64,000 nucleotides of DNA, from the NCBI GenBank assembly GCA_963841915.1, contig CAWJEN010000005.1, positions 352,001-416,000 of the forward strand, in the 5' to 3' direction. The notes below the pieces were generated by a model. It saw only the letters and a program-made list of their open reading frames with translations. It ran no database searches and had not been told where the DNA came from. Shown here in pieces: positions 41,343 through 51,099 of the stretch (position 1 is its first letter; each line of letters starts with the position of its first letter). The translations under genes and the position numbers were made by a program. The stretch is from an uncultured Planctomycetota bacterium (GTDB lineage Bacteria; Planctomycetota; Phycisphaerae; Tepidisphaerales; Tepidisphaeraceae).

Positions 41343-42146
41343 TTAGCGGTCTGCCTGCTCTGCCGCGGCCTGCTTTGCAGCAGTCAACAACGGCTCGGGC
41401 ATGCCGGTCGGCCAGAGATCCTGGGGCGTGTAGCCGAGCCTGTCCCAGAAGGTGTCGCTGCCGTTGCAGTCGGCGAAGCCCGCGCCGATGGCGTCGGCGA
41501 CGGCGAATCCGTCAAACTCGGCCGTGATGGCGGCCAAGAAGAATCGGCCGCAGTCGTCGGGGCTCAAGTACGCCCCTCTGCCGCCAGGGTGCACGGCCTG
41601 CCGCGTGGCCTGACTGACGTCACGCGGGATCCAGCCGATCCTGGCCGACAGGACAGAGACGTTGTTCATGCGGGCGTGCATCTCACCGGCTGTTTCCGCC
41701 CAGGCCTTCGTCAGGCCGTAGGCGTTGCATGGTGCGACAACGCCCGGCCGCGTCGGGATGACGCCGTCGGAAAACTGCTCACGCCTGAGCCCGGTCCGGA
41801 CGTGCCCGGAGCTGCCTAGCACGATCCGCGGCACCTCGTGCTTCCGGGCAGCGTCAAACAAGCGCATGACACCGACGATGTTGGGGTCGAGCAGCTCGGT
41901 GTAGAAGTCGGCATCCGCCCGCGGACAGGCGGCCAGGTGGATGATCGCATTCATGGTGGCGACCGCCGCATCAAGATCACCGGCCGCAGCCAAGTCGCCG
42001 ATGACGGCTTCGTCGACGTCACCGGTATCGTTCAAGTCGAAGCCGCGGACGAACCAGCCCGCGCTCCGCAGCCGCGGACACGTTGCCCGTCCCAGCACCC
42101 CCGCCGCCCCCGTGACCAGCACTCGCCGTTGCGTCGTGTGTGACAT
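41343..42146 (-). CDS. NAD(P)-dependent epimerase/dehydrogenase, uronate dehydrogenase-like
   Basis: VLVTGAAGVLG, HLAA, SS, YGLTKAWAE, RIG, YLSPDD. Confidence 0.85.
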   Translation of the reverse strand: MSHTTQRRVLVTGAAGVLGRATCPRLRSAGWFVRGFDLNDTGDVDEAVIGDLAAAGDLDAAVATMNAIIHLAACPRADADFYTELLDPNIVGVMRLFDAARKHEVPRIVLGSSGHVRTGLRREQFSDGVIPTRPGVVAPCNAYGLTKAWAETAGEMHARMNNVSVLSARIGWIPRDVSQATRQAVHPGGRGAYLSPDDCGRFFLAAITAEFDGFAVADAIGAGFADCNGSDTFWDRLGYTPQDLWPTGMPEPLLTAAKQAAAEQADR

Positions 42147-42218
42147 CGTCGGTAGTCGTATGTCCGATCTGTCCCGTCAGAGCATTTGCGTGTGGTAGCC
42201 GCGGGGTCGCAAGGGGGC

Positions 42219-42878
42219 TTACTCCTGCGACTCGATCGGCTCGACGGGCAGTTGCAACTCGTACCACCGCATCTTGATCGGGACGTAGGGCCCGTTGTAC
42301 CCCAGCAGACGCGGGCCGCCGGTAACCTGGTATCGGCCATCCTCTTGGATCCACGCCTCGAGTTGAGCCTGCAGGTTGCCGAGTTGATCGCGATCGTCTG
42401 GGCCGTTGAAGCCGACCGAAAGGACGGTCATGGCCTCGGTGTCGATGACGCGGACATTGTCTTCTGCCTCGCCGGTCGGCCCGAGGTCGGTCGAGCGGTA
42501 GAGGAACTGCATCGTGCCGCCCTCAGCGTCGGCGTCGCCTGCCATGCGGCCTTCCATTACAACCGGTGCGGTCATGGCAATCTCGCGCTGCTGGATGTGG
42601 CGGAACAGCGGGAAAAACGCGCCGCGATCGGTCTCGCCACCGTGGATGGCGGCGCGGACGGACGGGTAATGCTTGAGCTCCATCGCGCCGGGCGGCGTCG
42701 GAGCGGGGTAACCGACGGGCAGCGGCGTATCGATGACCGACATGCCGGCCTTGTAATAGGTGTCGCCGTCCTTCTTCATCTCGACGAGTTCCGCCGCCTC
42801 ACCGCCGACACGTTCGACAGCAGGTTGTGTGGCAGGTGACATGAGGGCGAGGACAACGACGGCGGCGGACACTGACAT
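42219..42878 (-). CDS. SOUL heme-binding protein with signal peptide
   Basis: FFPLFRHI, IAMTAPV, MQFLY, LGYNGP. Confidence 0.85.
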   Translation of the reverse strand: MSVSAAVVVLALMSPATQPAVERVGGEAAELVEMKKDGDTYYKAGMSVIDTPLPVGYPAPTPPGAMELKHYPSVRAAIHGGETDRGAFFPLFRHIQQREIAMTAPVVMEGRMAGDADAEGGTMQFLYRSTDLGPTGEAEDNVRVIDTEAMTVLSVGFNGPDDRDQLGNLQAQLEAWIQEDGRYQVTGGPRLLGYNGPYVPIKMRWYELQLPVEPIESQE

Positions 42879-43110
42879 GTGCTTAATTTATCACGACGGT
42901 CGAATGACCAGAAGGAGCAAACCGGCGGTCGTCGTAGCTTTCAAGCGGTTTGACTGCGCCGCCGCGGCCGCGACGGCGCAATGCTGTAACGCACACGCCG
43001 GTGCAGGACCCCGTGCCAAAAGGCCCGGCCGGATGACGCCGAATTGGATCGTCCTGCACGATTTAGACACGTCGGCCGACGACCCGCCGACGCAGTGGCG
43101 GGCTTGAGAT

Positions 43111-43126
43111 TGTTCCACGTGGAACA
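43111..43126. promoter_or_regulatory. parS site
   Basis: Perfect 16-bp palindrome TGTTCCACGTGGAACA, the ParB/Spo0J consensus. Confidence 0.9.
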
Positions 43127-43184
43127 TTCTGCGCCCTCTCCGGACGACAAAACCCTCGCCACGACCCGCCGATGGGGCTCGAGA

Positions 43185-43200
43185 TGTTCCACGTGGAACA
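43185..43200. promoter_or_regulatory. parS site
   Basis: TGTTCCACGTGGAACA. Confidence 0.9.
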
Positions 43201-43277
43201 TTGGGCTTGAATAGAGATTGCCGACCCCCACTTGGCCGCCGCCGCGCAACACAAATTCGAGTTTGAGCGCAGCAAGA

Positions 43278-43305
43278 GGGCCGGAAGCGTTGAAGCTTCC
43301 GGCCC
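43278..43305 (-). terminator. Probable terminator after the RRM gene
   Basis: GGGCCGGAAGC-N6-GCTTCCGGCCC inverted repeat. Confidence 0.6.
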
Positions 43306-43347
43306 GTTTGGATGTTGCTGGGTGAAGTAGTGAGGCTGGGGGGAGGA

Positions 43348-43860
43348 TCAGTAGCGATCGCCGCCGCGGTTTCCACCGCCGCCGCCACCACCACCGCCGT
43401 AGCCACCACCGCCCCCGCGGTTGCCGCCACCACCACCGCCACCGCGGTAGCCGCCGCCACCACCGCTGCCACCGCCGCCGTAGCCACCACCGCCGCCGCC
43501 GCGGTTTCCACCGCCGCCGCCGCCGTAGCCACCACCGCCGCCGCTGCCACCGCGGTTTCCACCGCCACCACCGCCACCGCGGTAGCCGCCGCCACCACCG
43601 CCACCACCACCACGCTCTTCGCGCGGCTGGGCCTCATTGACCTTGAGAGGCCGACCTTCGATCGGCTTCTGGTCAGTGCCCTCGATGGCGGCCTTGGCCT
43701 CTTCATCGTTGTTCATCGTGACGAACGCGAAACCACGGCTACGGCCGGTTTCCCGGTCGCGGGCGAGGAACACGTCATCGACAGTGCCGAACTCGCCAAA
43801 CATGGCCATGAGTTCGGGCTCTTCGGTCCGGTAGGGAAGGTTCCCAACAAACAGTCGCAT
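43348..43860 (-). CDS. RRM RNA-binding protein with Gly-rich tail
   Basis: LFVGNL (RNP2), RGFAFV (RNP1), VNEA, then ~90 aa of G/Y/R/N repeats. Confidence 0.95.
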   Translation of the reverse strand: MRLFVGNLPYRTEEPELMAMFGEFGTVDDVFLARDRETGRSRGFAFVTMNNDEEAKAAIEGTDQKPIEGRPLKVNEAQPREERGGGGGGGGGYRGGGGGGGNRGGSGGGGGYGGGGGGNRGGGGGGYGGGGSGGGGGYRGGGGGGGNRGGGGGYGGGGGGGGGNRGGDRY

Positions 43861-44080
43861 CGCAGTCTCTTATCTGATCAGCCGGGCGACGCAATCGTCG
43901 TGCGGCAAGGTGTCGCCGGGCGGGAAGGTGTTCAGGACGAACCGCTTCGAAGCCGCAGGGCGAGTCTCGAACATTGCGAACGGCACGGTGCCGAACGCCG
44001 CGGCAGTCTATGCGGACTCCGCGGCGTCTGCCGGACAAACAGTCGATTCCCCAGCTTCGGTCATTCGCACCGACGGTCGA

Positions 44081-44096
44081 GGTTCCACGTGGAACA
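44081..44096. promoter_or_regulatory. parS site (1 mismatch) in the fba promoter region
   Basis: GGTTCCACGTGGAACA. Confidence 0.85.
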
Positions 44097-44121
44097 AAAA
44101 TTACGCCTAGGCTGCCGCAAT

Positions 44122-45135
44122 ATGCCCCTGATGACTACCAAGCCGATGTTTGACCTCGCCTACGAAGGCGGCTTTGCCGTCGGCGCGTTCAACGTCAACA
44201 ACATGGAGCTGGCCCAGGCGATCATCGACGCCTGCGTGGCCGAGAAGTCGCCTTGCATCCTGCAGATCAGCAAGGGTGCCCGCTCGTACGCCAACATCCG
44301 CTACCTCAAGCACATCATCGACGCAGCCGTCGAGGACAATCCCGAGGTCCCGATCGCCATCCACTGTGACCACGGCGACACGGTCGAGCTCATCAAGGAC
44401 TGCATCGACGACGGCTACACCAGCGTCATGATTGACGGCAGCCACCACGAGTACGACGAGAATGTGCGGCTGACCAAGGAAGCCGTCGACCTCGCCCACC
44501 AGCACGGCGTTGTTGTCGAAGCCGAGCTCGGCATGCTCGGTGGCATTGAAGAAGACGTCGTCGGCCTCGACGCCGCCGAGTACGAGAAGAACATCGAGAA
44601 GTTTCTGACCGATCCCGAAGAGGCCAAGGACTTCTACGAAAAGACCGGCATCGACAGCCTCGCCGTTGCGATCGGCACGAGCCACGGCGCCTTCAAGTTC
44701 ACGCACGAAGCCAAGCTGGCCTTCGACCGCGTCGAGCAGATCATGAAAACGTGCCCGGGCCTGCCGCTGGTCATGCACGGCAGCTCGAGCGTGCCGGCGG
44801 AGTTTGTCGACCTTGTCAACAAGTACGGCGGCAAGATGCCCAACGCCAAGGGCGTACCCGAGGACCAGATCTCGATGGCCGTCCGCAACTACGGCGTCTG
44901 CAAGGTCAACATCGATACCGACCTTCGCCTGGCCATGACGGCCAAGATTCGTGAGGTCTTCCACACGAAGCCCGAAGAGTTTGACCCTCGCAAGTACCTC
45001 GGGCCGGCACGCGATGCCATCACCGAGATGGTGAAGCGCAAGCTCCACGTGCTCAACAGCGCCGGCAAGAGTGCGGATGTTGTCAAGCAGTGGGAGAGCC
45101 TCGGCAAGCCGATGCCAGGCTTCTACAAGAGCTGA
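44122..45135 (+). CDS. fba: Class II fructose-bisphosphate aldolase
   Basis: AVGAFNVNN, HCDHG, SVMIDGS, VEAELG, GTSHG, MHGSS, KVNIDTD, DPRKYL; start MPLMTT. Confidence 0.96.
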   Translation: MPLMTTKPMFDLAYEGGFAVGAFNVNNMELAQAIIDACVAEKSPCILQISKGARSYANIRYLKHIIDAAVEDNPEVPIAIHCDHGDTVELIKDCIDDGYTSVMIDGSHHEYDENVRLTKEAVDLAHQHGVVVEAELGMLGGIEEDVVGLDAAEYEKNIEKFLTDPEEAKDFYEKTGIDSLAVAIGTSHGAFKFTHEAKLAFDRVEQIMKTCPGLPLVMHGSSSVPAEFVDLVNKYGGKMPNAKGVPEDQISMAVRNYGVCKVNIDTDLRLAMTAKIREVFHTKPEEFDPRKYLGPARDAITEMVKRKLHVLNSAGKSADVVKQWESLGKPMPGFYKS

Positions 45136-45156
45136 GGGGCTCGCAGAAGCCAAGCC

Positions 45157-45193
45157 GAAGAGGCCGCACCCGACTCGGGTGCGGCCTCTTCTT
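45157..45193 (+). terminator. Terminator after fba
   Basis: GAAGAGGCCGCACCCGA-C-TCGGGTGCGGCCTCTTC inverted repeat. Confidence 0.75.
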
Positions 45194-45220
45194 GCGCGGC
45201 CCTGGTCCTAGAACCTGCTG

Positions 45221-46096
45221 ATGCACAAGACCGCTGACGGGCTCGAGTCTCTTGGTTCGATGATGACCCTGCGCCCCGGCGAGTCTGGCTGGCAGCGGGA
45301 GCTGTTTCATGTGATCTTCGGGCACAAGAGCGCCGCCGGTCGCTGGTTTGATGTCGCCCTCCTCGTCGCAGTGCTCGGCAGCGTCGTCGCTGTCATGGCT
45401 GAAAGCGTCGACTCGATCCAGACAAACTACGGCCCGCTGCTTGTCGGCGTCGAGTGGTTCTTCACGATCCTCTTCACCATCGAGTATGTCCTGCGGCTAG
45501 CCTGCCTGCAGCGCAAGAGGGCCTACGCGGGCAGCTTCTTCGGCATTGTCGACTTTCTGGCCATCCTGCCGACGTTCCTGACGCTAATACCCGGCGTGGA
45601 GACGCAAGCGCTCGCCACCATCAGAGCTCTTCGGCTGCTACGCGTCTTCCGCATCCTGAAGCTCGTGCCGCTCGTCCACGAAGCGACTGCTCTACGCGAC
45701 GGGCTGTGGCAGAGCCGTTCGAAGCTGGCCGTGTTCCTACTGGCCGTGTTGATCGCGGTGACGATCATGGGTTCGCTCATGCACGTAGTCGAGGGCAGCC
45801 ACAATCCTGACTTCGGCAGCATTCCGGCGAGCATCTACTGGGCCGTCATCACCATGACCACCGTTGGTTACGGTGACGTCGTGCCGCTGACGCCGTTCGG
45901 CAAGTTCCTTTCGGCCGTCCTGATCATCTTCGGCTACTCGCTCATCGTCGTGCCGACGGGCATCGTGTCGGCAACGATCAAACAGCCTGACGCCTCCCCG
46001 ACGGGCTCGCTTCGTGTCGGCCTGCCCTGCCCGATCTGCGGCGGCAGCTGCATTAAAGAAGCACCGCTGTGTCCCTGGTGTGGGACACAGCGGTGA
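45221..46096 (+). CDS. 6-TM voltage-gated-type K+ channel (ion transporter) with C-terminal Zn ribbon
   Basis: S4-like RALRLLRVFRILK; TTVGYGD selectivity filter; CPIC...CPWCG. Confidence 0.93.
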   Translation: MHKTADGLESLGSMMTLRPGESGWQRELFHVIFGHKSAAGRWFDVALLVAVLGSVVAVMAESVDSIQTNYGPLLVGVEWFFTILFTIEYVLRLACLQRKRAYAGSFFGIVDFLAILPTFLTLIPGVETQALATIRALRLLRVFRILKLVPLVHEATALRDGLWQSRSKLAVFLLAVLIAVTIMGSLMHVVEGSHNPDFGSIPASIYWAVITMTTVGYGDVVPLTPFGKFLSAVLIIFGYSLIVVPTGIVSATIKQPDASPTGSLRVGLPCPICGGSCIKEAPLCPWCGTQR

Positions 46097-46164
46097 AGTT
46101 TCAGGGGCGAGCTTAACAGGCCGAGCTCGGATGTTGCGAGCGAAGTTGCCATGCCTCTTGAGAA

Positions 46165-47352
46165 TCAGTAGCCGGCGCTGCCGCGTGCAAGATCCGTGTT
46201 GCCTGGAACCTTCAAGCGGTAGTAAGAACGCTTGAACTCATTGTCGGCGAAGTTCTCCGTGTCCTCAGGGTGGCCACCAGTCGACTTCCACGTAAGGCTT
46301 CGGACGCTGCCGTCATTGAAAGCAACGTTGGCAGCCGAGTCGGAGCGGTGACGCCAGCGGACGGTCCCGATCTGAGCGACCAGAGCTTGAAGACTGCCCG
46401 ATCCTGAAGGCTGCTCGTAGCCCAAAGGTCCATTCGCGTACTCACCAGCACCTGCAAAGAGAGGCGAGGAGGCAGCGACTTGATAAATCGGGAAGCTGTC
46501 GCCATACACCGGATTAGCCTGAAGGCTGTCCGGAATGGCTTCGCGGTAACGAAGCCGCTGTCCCATGGCCGTGCCGTAGGGATCGACGCCGTAGACGCCG
46601 ATGAGTCCCGTGTTGTCGAAATCGATGTAAGACTGGGCGAAGAAGCTGATCCAACGGTTGCCGAGGCCAGTTGGGGTTGAAGCCCACACAGGTTGATCCC
46701 AGAAGAGCGCGTTGTCGGAGTACATGTTGCTGGCTTTTGCCGGCTTCTGCATCTTTGTCAGCAGGTCCGCGGTCACCTTCGTCGGGGGAATCAGTGCAAT
46801 GGACGGATTACCGGTACCGCCGGCTACTGACACAGCTCCGAAGACTTCTGCAACGACGTTGCTGAACACCGTCGGGTTGGCCGCATAAGCAATCCGCTGC
46901 GCACCCGGGGCTTCTGGACATTCGAAGCTGGGATTGATCGCCTCGTCAGGCAACAAACCCGCGTTGGCCGAAGGCTGCGATGCGATCTCATTGCCGAATT
47001 CACTACCGCCCATGTAGTCAGACAACGTCGTCACCCAAGTGACCCGGCGGTTGCTCGGCGCAGAGGCAAGGCTCTGGAACTGAAGCCGGTTCTGGAACGC
47101 GAGTCCCCAAGGCATGGAGAACTGATTCTCACCAGAATAACCGGCAGCCGCCTGCGAGATCGACCGGAGGTTGGCACCACACTTGACGCTGCGACCGCTA
47201 TCCTGCGCACGCCCGAGCGTCGGGAGCAAGATGCCCACGAGCAAAGCAATGATGCCGATGACCACCAACAGCTCGACGAGCGTGAAACCTCGGCCTGCGT
47301 GGTGAAATAGTTGCCTCGTGCTGGCAGGACTGGTTGAACTCAGCTTTTTCAT
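46165..47352 (-). CDS. Prepilin-type N-terminal cleavage / H-X9-DG domain protein
   Basis: GFTLVELLVVIGIIALLVGILLP, CGANLR, RH...ANVAFNDG. Confidence 0.92.
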   Translation of the reverse strand: MKKLSSTSPASTRQLFHHAGRGFTLVELLVVIGIIALLVGILLPTLGRAQDSGRSVKCGANLRSISQAAAGYSGENQFSMPWGLAFQNRLQFQSLASAPSNRRVTWVTTLSDYMGGSEFGNEIASQPSANAGLLPDEAINPSFECPEAPGAQRIAYAANPTVFSNVVAEVFGAVSVAGGTGNPSIALIPPTKVTADLLTKMQKPAKASNMYSDNALFWDQPVWASTPTGLGNRWISFFAQSYIDFDNTGLIGVYGVDPYGTAMGQRLRYREAIPDSLQANPVYGDSFPIYQVAASSPLFAGAGEYANGPLGYEQPSGSGSLQALVAQIGTVRWRHRSDSAANVAFNDGSVRSLTWKSTGGHPEDTENFADNEFKRSYYRLKVPGNTDLARGSAGY

Positions 47353-47781
47353 GAAGAGGATTGGTTAGGAGTTGAAAATATGGAGAGGCGAGGCGGGCGT
47401 ACTCAGCCGTCCAATCGTAGCGAAAGGTAGCCTGCAGGATATCACGTCAGGGGGACGTCAAAGCCCTGTTCCGCTGACTTCACCCGCTTCTTGTTCGCCC
47501 GAGCTTCCGCCTGGGTTTCGTGAACAGAGTATTTTTTGCAGACGTGGGCACCCAGGCTCGACTGCGATCTGGGGCCGACCGACATCGCGGCCCCTTAGCT
47601 TACCGAAGGCCAGTCAATCGACGTGCCTGGCGAACCTTCCTGCTTGACGCACGTCCAAAGGTCGGCGAAGCTCGGAGCGTCGGGGTCATCCGACGCTGCC
47701 GCCTTTGCTGGTCTGAGTTGCTCCTACTGCGTCTCAAGGCCATCTTCGACATCTGCTCGCCTCCATCCAATCCGACTCATC

Positions 47782-48186
47782 ATGATGAAGCTCCCTCAAG
47801 CCCTGTTCGTCGTTGCAGCCCTTCTCACCTGCTCCACATTGCCACATGCGTCTCAAGCCGCCGATTCGACCGCAGCGTCGCCTTTGGTTGCGCAAGGCGT
47901 CGGAACTGTCAAAGGCAAAGTCACTGGTAAAGACGGTAAGCCGGCCGAAGGTGTCCCGGTAAAGTTCTTCGGGGCGATCTCGCATCCCGGTAGTGATCGC
48001 GACGAAGCCATGCTGCTGTCTCAGATGGCGGCCACGACAGACAAGGAAGGCAACTTCGAGATCAAGTTGCCTGCCAACACCTACAAGTTCGAGGCCAACA
48101 AGTTCGGACATCCGGACGGTTACGCTTCCGGACGCCTTCGCGTGACTGCCGGCGAGATCCAGGAGAAAAAAATCCAGTTGCAGTAA
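47782..48186 (+). CDS. Secreted carboxypeptidase-regulatory-like domain protein
   Basis: Signal peptide; GTVKGKVTGKDGKPAEGVPV, TTDKEGNF, LPANTY. Confidence 0.8.
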   Translation: MMKLPQALFVVAALLTCSTLPHASQAADSTAASPLVAQGVGTVKGKVTGKDGKPAEGVPVKFFGAISHPGSDRDEAMLLSQMAATTDKEGNFEIKLPANTYKFEANKFGHPDGYASGRLRVTAGEIQEKKIQLQ

Positions 48187-48201
48187 CACGCATCTACTCG
48201 C

Positions 48202-48492
48202 TCACCTGACCCCGCGGCCGACGCGGGTGGCGTTGGACAGACCGTCCTCGCCGCCTGTGTCGGCCGCTTTGCCTTTGCCGCCTCCGGTCATGGCCGCGCC
48301 GCCGACGCTGCCGGTTGGGGCGATTTTGTCGGCACCAATTTTGCCCGTCGGGCCCAGAACCGGCGTCTGACCACGTGCGGCCGGGCCGCCGCTGAGCTCG
48401 CGATGACGCAGCCAGGCACTGACGAGCTCGAAGCCGAGGTAACCGAGCAAGGCTGCAACGAGAAGGCCGACGGCCGATTTGGTGTTGAACAT
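48202..48492 (-). CDS. Small hypothetical protein with N-terminal TM helix
   Basis: MFNTKSAVGLLVAALLGYLGF; TATCGT 7 nt upstream of the ATG. Confidence 0.6.
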   Translation of the reverse strand: MFNTKSAVGLLVAALLGYLGFELVSAWLRHRELSGGPAARGQTPVLGPTGKIGADKIAPTGSVGGAAMTGGGKGKAADTGGEDGLSNATRVGRGVR

Positions 48493-48590
48493 GATCGCGA
48501 CGATAAGTCTCCGCCGACACGGCGTCTGCGCCGAACGTTCTTCCCGCGAGCAGCTGCCCAGCCCGCTCGTGCGCTGCTCTAGTGTCGGCA

Positions 48591-49103
48591 ATGGACCTAG
48601 CCATTCGTCCCGCCACGCCCGCTGACGTGTCTGCGGTCAACGCCCTGCGGAACCACTTCATCCGCACCTGCCCCGCCATCTACACCACGGTTGAGCGGCC
48701 GGACGACCAGGCCATGGACGACTTCGATCGTCGCGATCAGACGCGGCACCCGCTACTGATTGCGACGCTGGATGGACAGTTCGCCGGTTACGGCTCTTTG
48801 TCTGCCTTCGACCCGAACCTGTGCGGGTATCGCGACACGGTGGAAGACAGCGTCTATGTCGATCCCGAGTCGGGCGGTCGCGGCGTCGGTCGTGCTTTGC
48901 TGACGGCCCTTCTCGATGCGGCTCGCGATGTTGGTCATCGAAACGTGATTGCCCGTATTGATAGCAGCGTCGGGCCGAGCCTCGCCCTGCACCGCAAGCA
49001 CGGATTTATCGACGCAGGCACGCTCCGCGGCGTCGGTGAGAAGTTCGGCCGCCGCCTGGACGTGATCTATCTTCAGTATCAAGTTGACACGCCCGCCGCC
49101 TGA
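48591..49103 (+). CDS. GNAT N-acetyltransferase (phosphinothricin acetyltransferase-like)
   Basis: YRDTVEDSVYV, GRGVGRALL, SLALH..GF, VGEKFGRRLDV. Confidence 0.92.
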   Translation: MDLAIRPATPADVSAVNALRNHFIRTCPAIYTTVERPDDQAMDDFDRRDQTRHPLLIATLDGQFAGYGSLSAFDPNLCGYRDTVEDSVYVDPESGGRGVGRALLTALLDAARDVGHRNVIARIDSSVGPSLALHRKHGFIDAGTLRGVGEKFGRRLDVIYLQYQVDTPAA

Positions 49104-50743
49104 CGCAGCTTGTCGAGCGCTTCTGCTTCGATCTGCCTCAGGCGACGACGGCTGACGCCCATCCGCTCGGCCAATGCATCGGGCTCGACCGCCATACCGC
49201 CATCGAAGAGGCCCCACCGAGAGCACAACACCTTTCGCTCACGTGACCCGAGCGTGTCGAGCAGCACATCGATCTCGTCACGACACGCCACGCCCTCCGG
49301 TCCTGCGTCGTTGCAAGCGCTTTCGAGAAGGCTCGAGGGCTCGCCTCCGATGGCCTGCCGGTCGGTCTGCAGCTCGACAACGCCGCGGGCAAAGCCCTTC
49401 ATGAGAGCCAGCGTTGCGTAGGTGCTGAACTTGAAGCCCCTGGCGACGTCGAAGCCTTCGACTGCCCGCATCAGGATGACGTTGCCTTCGCTGACGAGGT
49501 CCATCAGCTCGACGCCCTCGCGGCCCGGCTTGAGGTGCTTTCGGGCGACGTGGACGACGAGCCGCAAGTTGGCGGTCAGCAGCCGGTTTCGAGCCTCGCG
49601 TGCGAGGCGTAGATGCCGTTCCATGCGGGTCAGGTCCCGACGACGACACAGGTGCGGATCGAGCCGGCGACGCATCTCTGCGAAGCGACACTTGTGGAAG
49701 TTGTACGACAAGAAGCCCGCCCGCTCTTGCGTGGGCGTCAGTAGCGGCGTGCGGTAGAGATCCGCCAGGTAAGGCGGCAACCCACGCGGCGGAGCAACCC
49801 GCTCAACGTCGCTCGAACCCAGCGAGGACGACGCAGCGGCTACCAGCGCATTGACCTGTCGCTCGGCCTCCTCAGGATCGCCGTGGAACAGGTCGTCATC
49901 GTGATACTTTACCGTCGCCGCCGCCAGCCGATCAGCCCGCGCAACGACGGCAGCGCGATAGACAGCAGAACGAGGACGACCCAGCTCGGTCGCTAGTGTG
50001 CCCACGGCCTCGCCAGCATTCAGGCGGGCGCAGATGGCGTCACCAGCAAGGGGCTCAGGGCACGCTGCCAACAGTTCCGCATCTGCGGCCTCTATTGCCG
50101 ACCGGGTCGCCAACGTGGTCCGATCTGCTGCCTTTGCGACGCGGAGGACGATCTCGCGACGGTCGTGCCCCGCCGCAGCCAGGCAACGTGCACGTTCGAC
50201 TAGTCGGGCCGACTCCTCCACGTTAACGGCCGCCGCGTGGGCAGAGCCGGGCGTTGCGGATGCGGCGTCGTGCGTGGCGAAGAACCGCTCGGCGCACGAA
50301 AGCCGGAAGCCGACCCGCTGCTTGCCGTCTGCAAAAACTAAACGCCGAGCCGGCAAGCCCTTACGCCGCCACCGCTGCAGCGTCTTGCTCGTGACGCCGA
50401 AACGATCGCACGCAGCGGCAAGGTCCAAGACGGGCTCGCCTTGCAATGACGTGTCATCGACAGCCAGATTACTTTCGCCGCTGACCGTCTCGCACAGCAG
50501 GCCCAGATCGTGCTGAAGTGCAACACCAGCCAGTTGGCTTCCGCCGGCGACGCTTTTGACATCTGCCTCGCGGGAGCGGTATCCGGTCACGCCCTGCAGC
50601 ACGAAAGCAGGCGGGTAAGCCTGATCGGGATCAATTTTGAGTAGCAGCTCTTCGGCTGAGGCGAGCTGTTCCAGCCGCTTTGCGCGCGGCGTGTACCGCA
50701 GCTGCCTGCACAACTCGGCGAGACTCTGTAGCTTAAAGGCCAT
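49079..50743 (-). CDS. Large sigma70-family sigma factor with N-terminal HTH extension
   Basis: YLADL..PLLT (1.2), ANLRLVV, DLVSEGN, FD..RGFKFSTYA (2), region 4 RQIE..AL.KLR; AGGAG RBS. Confidence 0.9.
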   Translation of the reverse strand: MAFKLQSLAELCRQLRYTPRAKRLEQLASAEELLLKIDPDQAYPPAFVLQGVTGYRSREADVKSVAGGSQLAGVALQHDLGLLCETVSGESNLAVDDTSLQGEPVLDLAAACDRFGVTSKTLQRWRRKGLPARRLVFADGKQRVGFRLSCAERFFATHDAASATPGSAHAAAVNVEESARLVERARCLAAAGHDRREIVLRVAKAADRTTLATRSAIEAADAELLAACPEPLAGDAICARLNAGEAVGTLATELGRPRSAVYRAAVVARADRLAAATVKYHDDDLFHGDPEEAERQVNALVAAASSSLGSSDVERVAPPRGLPPYLADLYRTPLLTPTQERAGFLSYNFHKCRFAEMRRRLDPHLCRRRDLTRMERHLRLAREARNRLLTANLRLVVHVARKHLKPGREGVELMDLVSEGNVILMRAVEGFDVARGFKFSTYATLALMKGFARGVVELQTDRQAIGGEPSSLLESACNDAGPEGVACRDEIDVLLDTLGSRERKVLCSRWGLFDGGMAVEPDALAERMGVSRRRLRQIEAEALDKLRQAAGVST

Positions 50744-51002
50744 GCCACTCCTGTTGTGACGCCAGAGACCGGAACAGCCGCTGTCGCATGTGAAACGCCC
50801 TGGCAGGGTCGGCTGAAGCCGATGGACGCTTCTGGGTGATGTCACAGCCGGCCTCCTCTGACCGACTGCAACGGGTCGGCTCCTCCTCAGAAGCCGACGG
50901 GTAGTATGCGCCGTCGGCCCCGTATCCGTCAAGCCGCACCCCGCAGACGGCACGACATCCTCCTTCTTGCTTCGCGCCTGAATCGAGCTACGGTGGTGGC
51001 GT

Positions 51003-51073
51003 GCGGGTGTAGCTTAGTGGTAAAGCACCGGCTTCCCATGCCGACGATGAGGGTTCGATTCCCTTCACCCGCT
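51003..51073 (+). tRNA. tRNA-Gly(CCC)
   Basis: GCGGGTG/CACCCGC acceptor stem, anticodon loop TTCCCAT, GGTTCGATTCC T-arm; CCA not encoded. Confidence 0.92.
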
Positions 51074-51099
51074 TGCGAGCGTCCCCGCTACGGTCGGCC

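Noticed and set aside
43312..44121. 270-aa Ala/Thr-rich N-terminal extension on fba (607-aa ORF)
   Set aside because: It is the antisense shadow of the Gly-rich RRM gene; aldolase homology starts at MPLMTT (44122).
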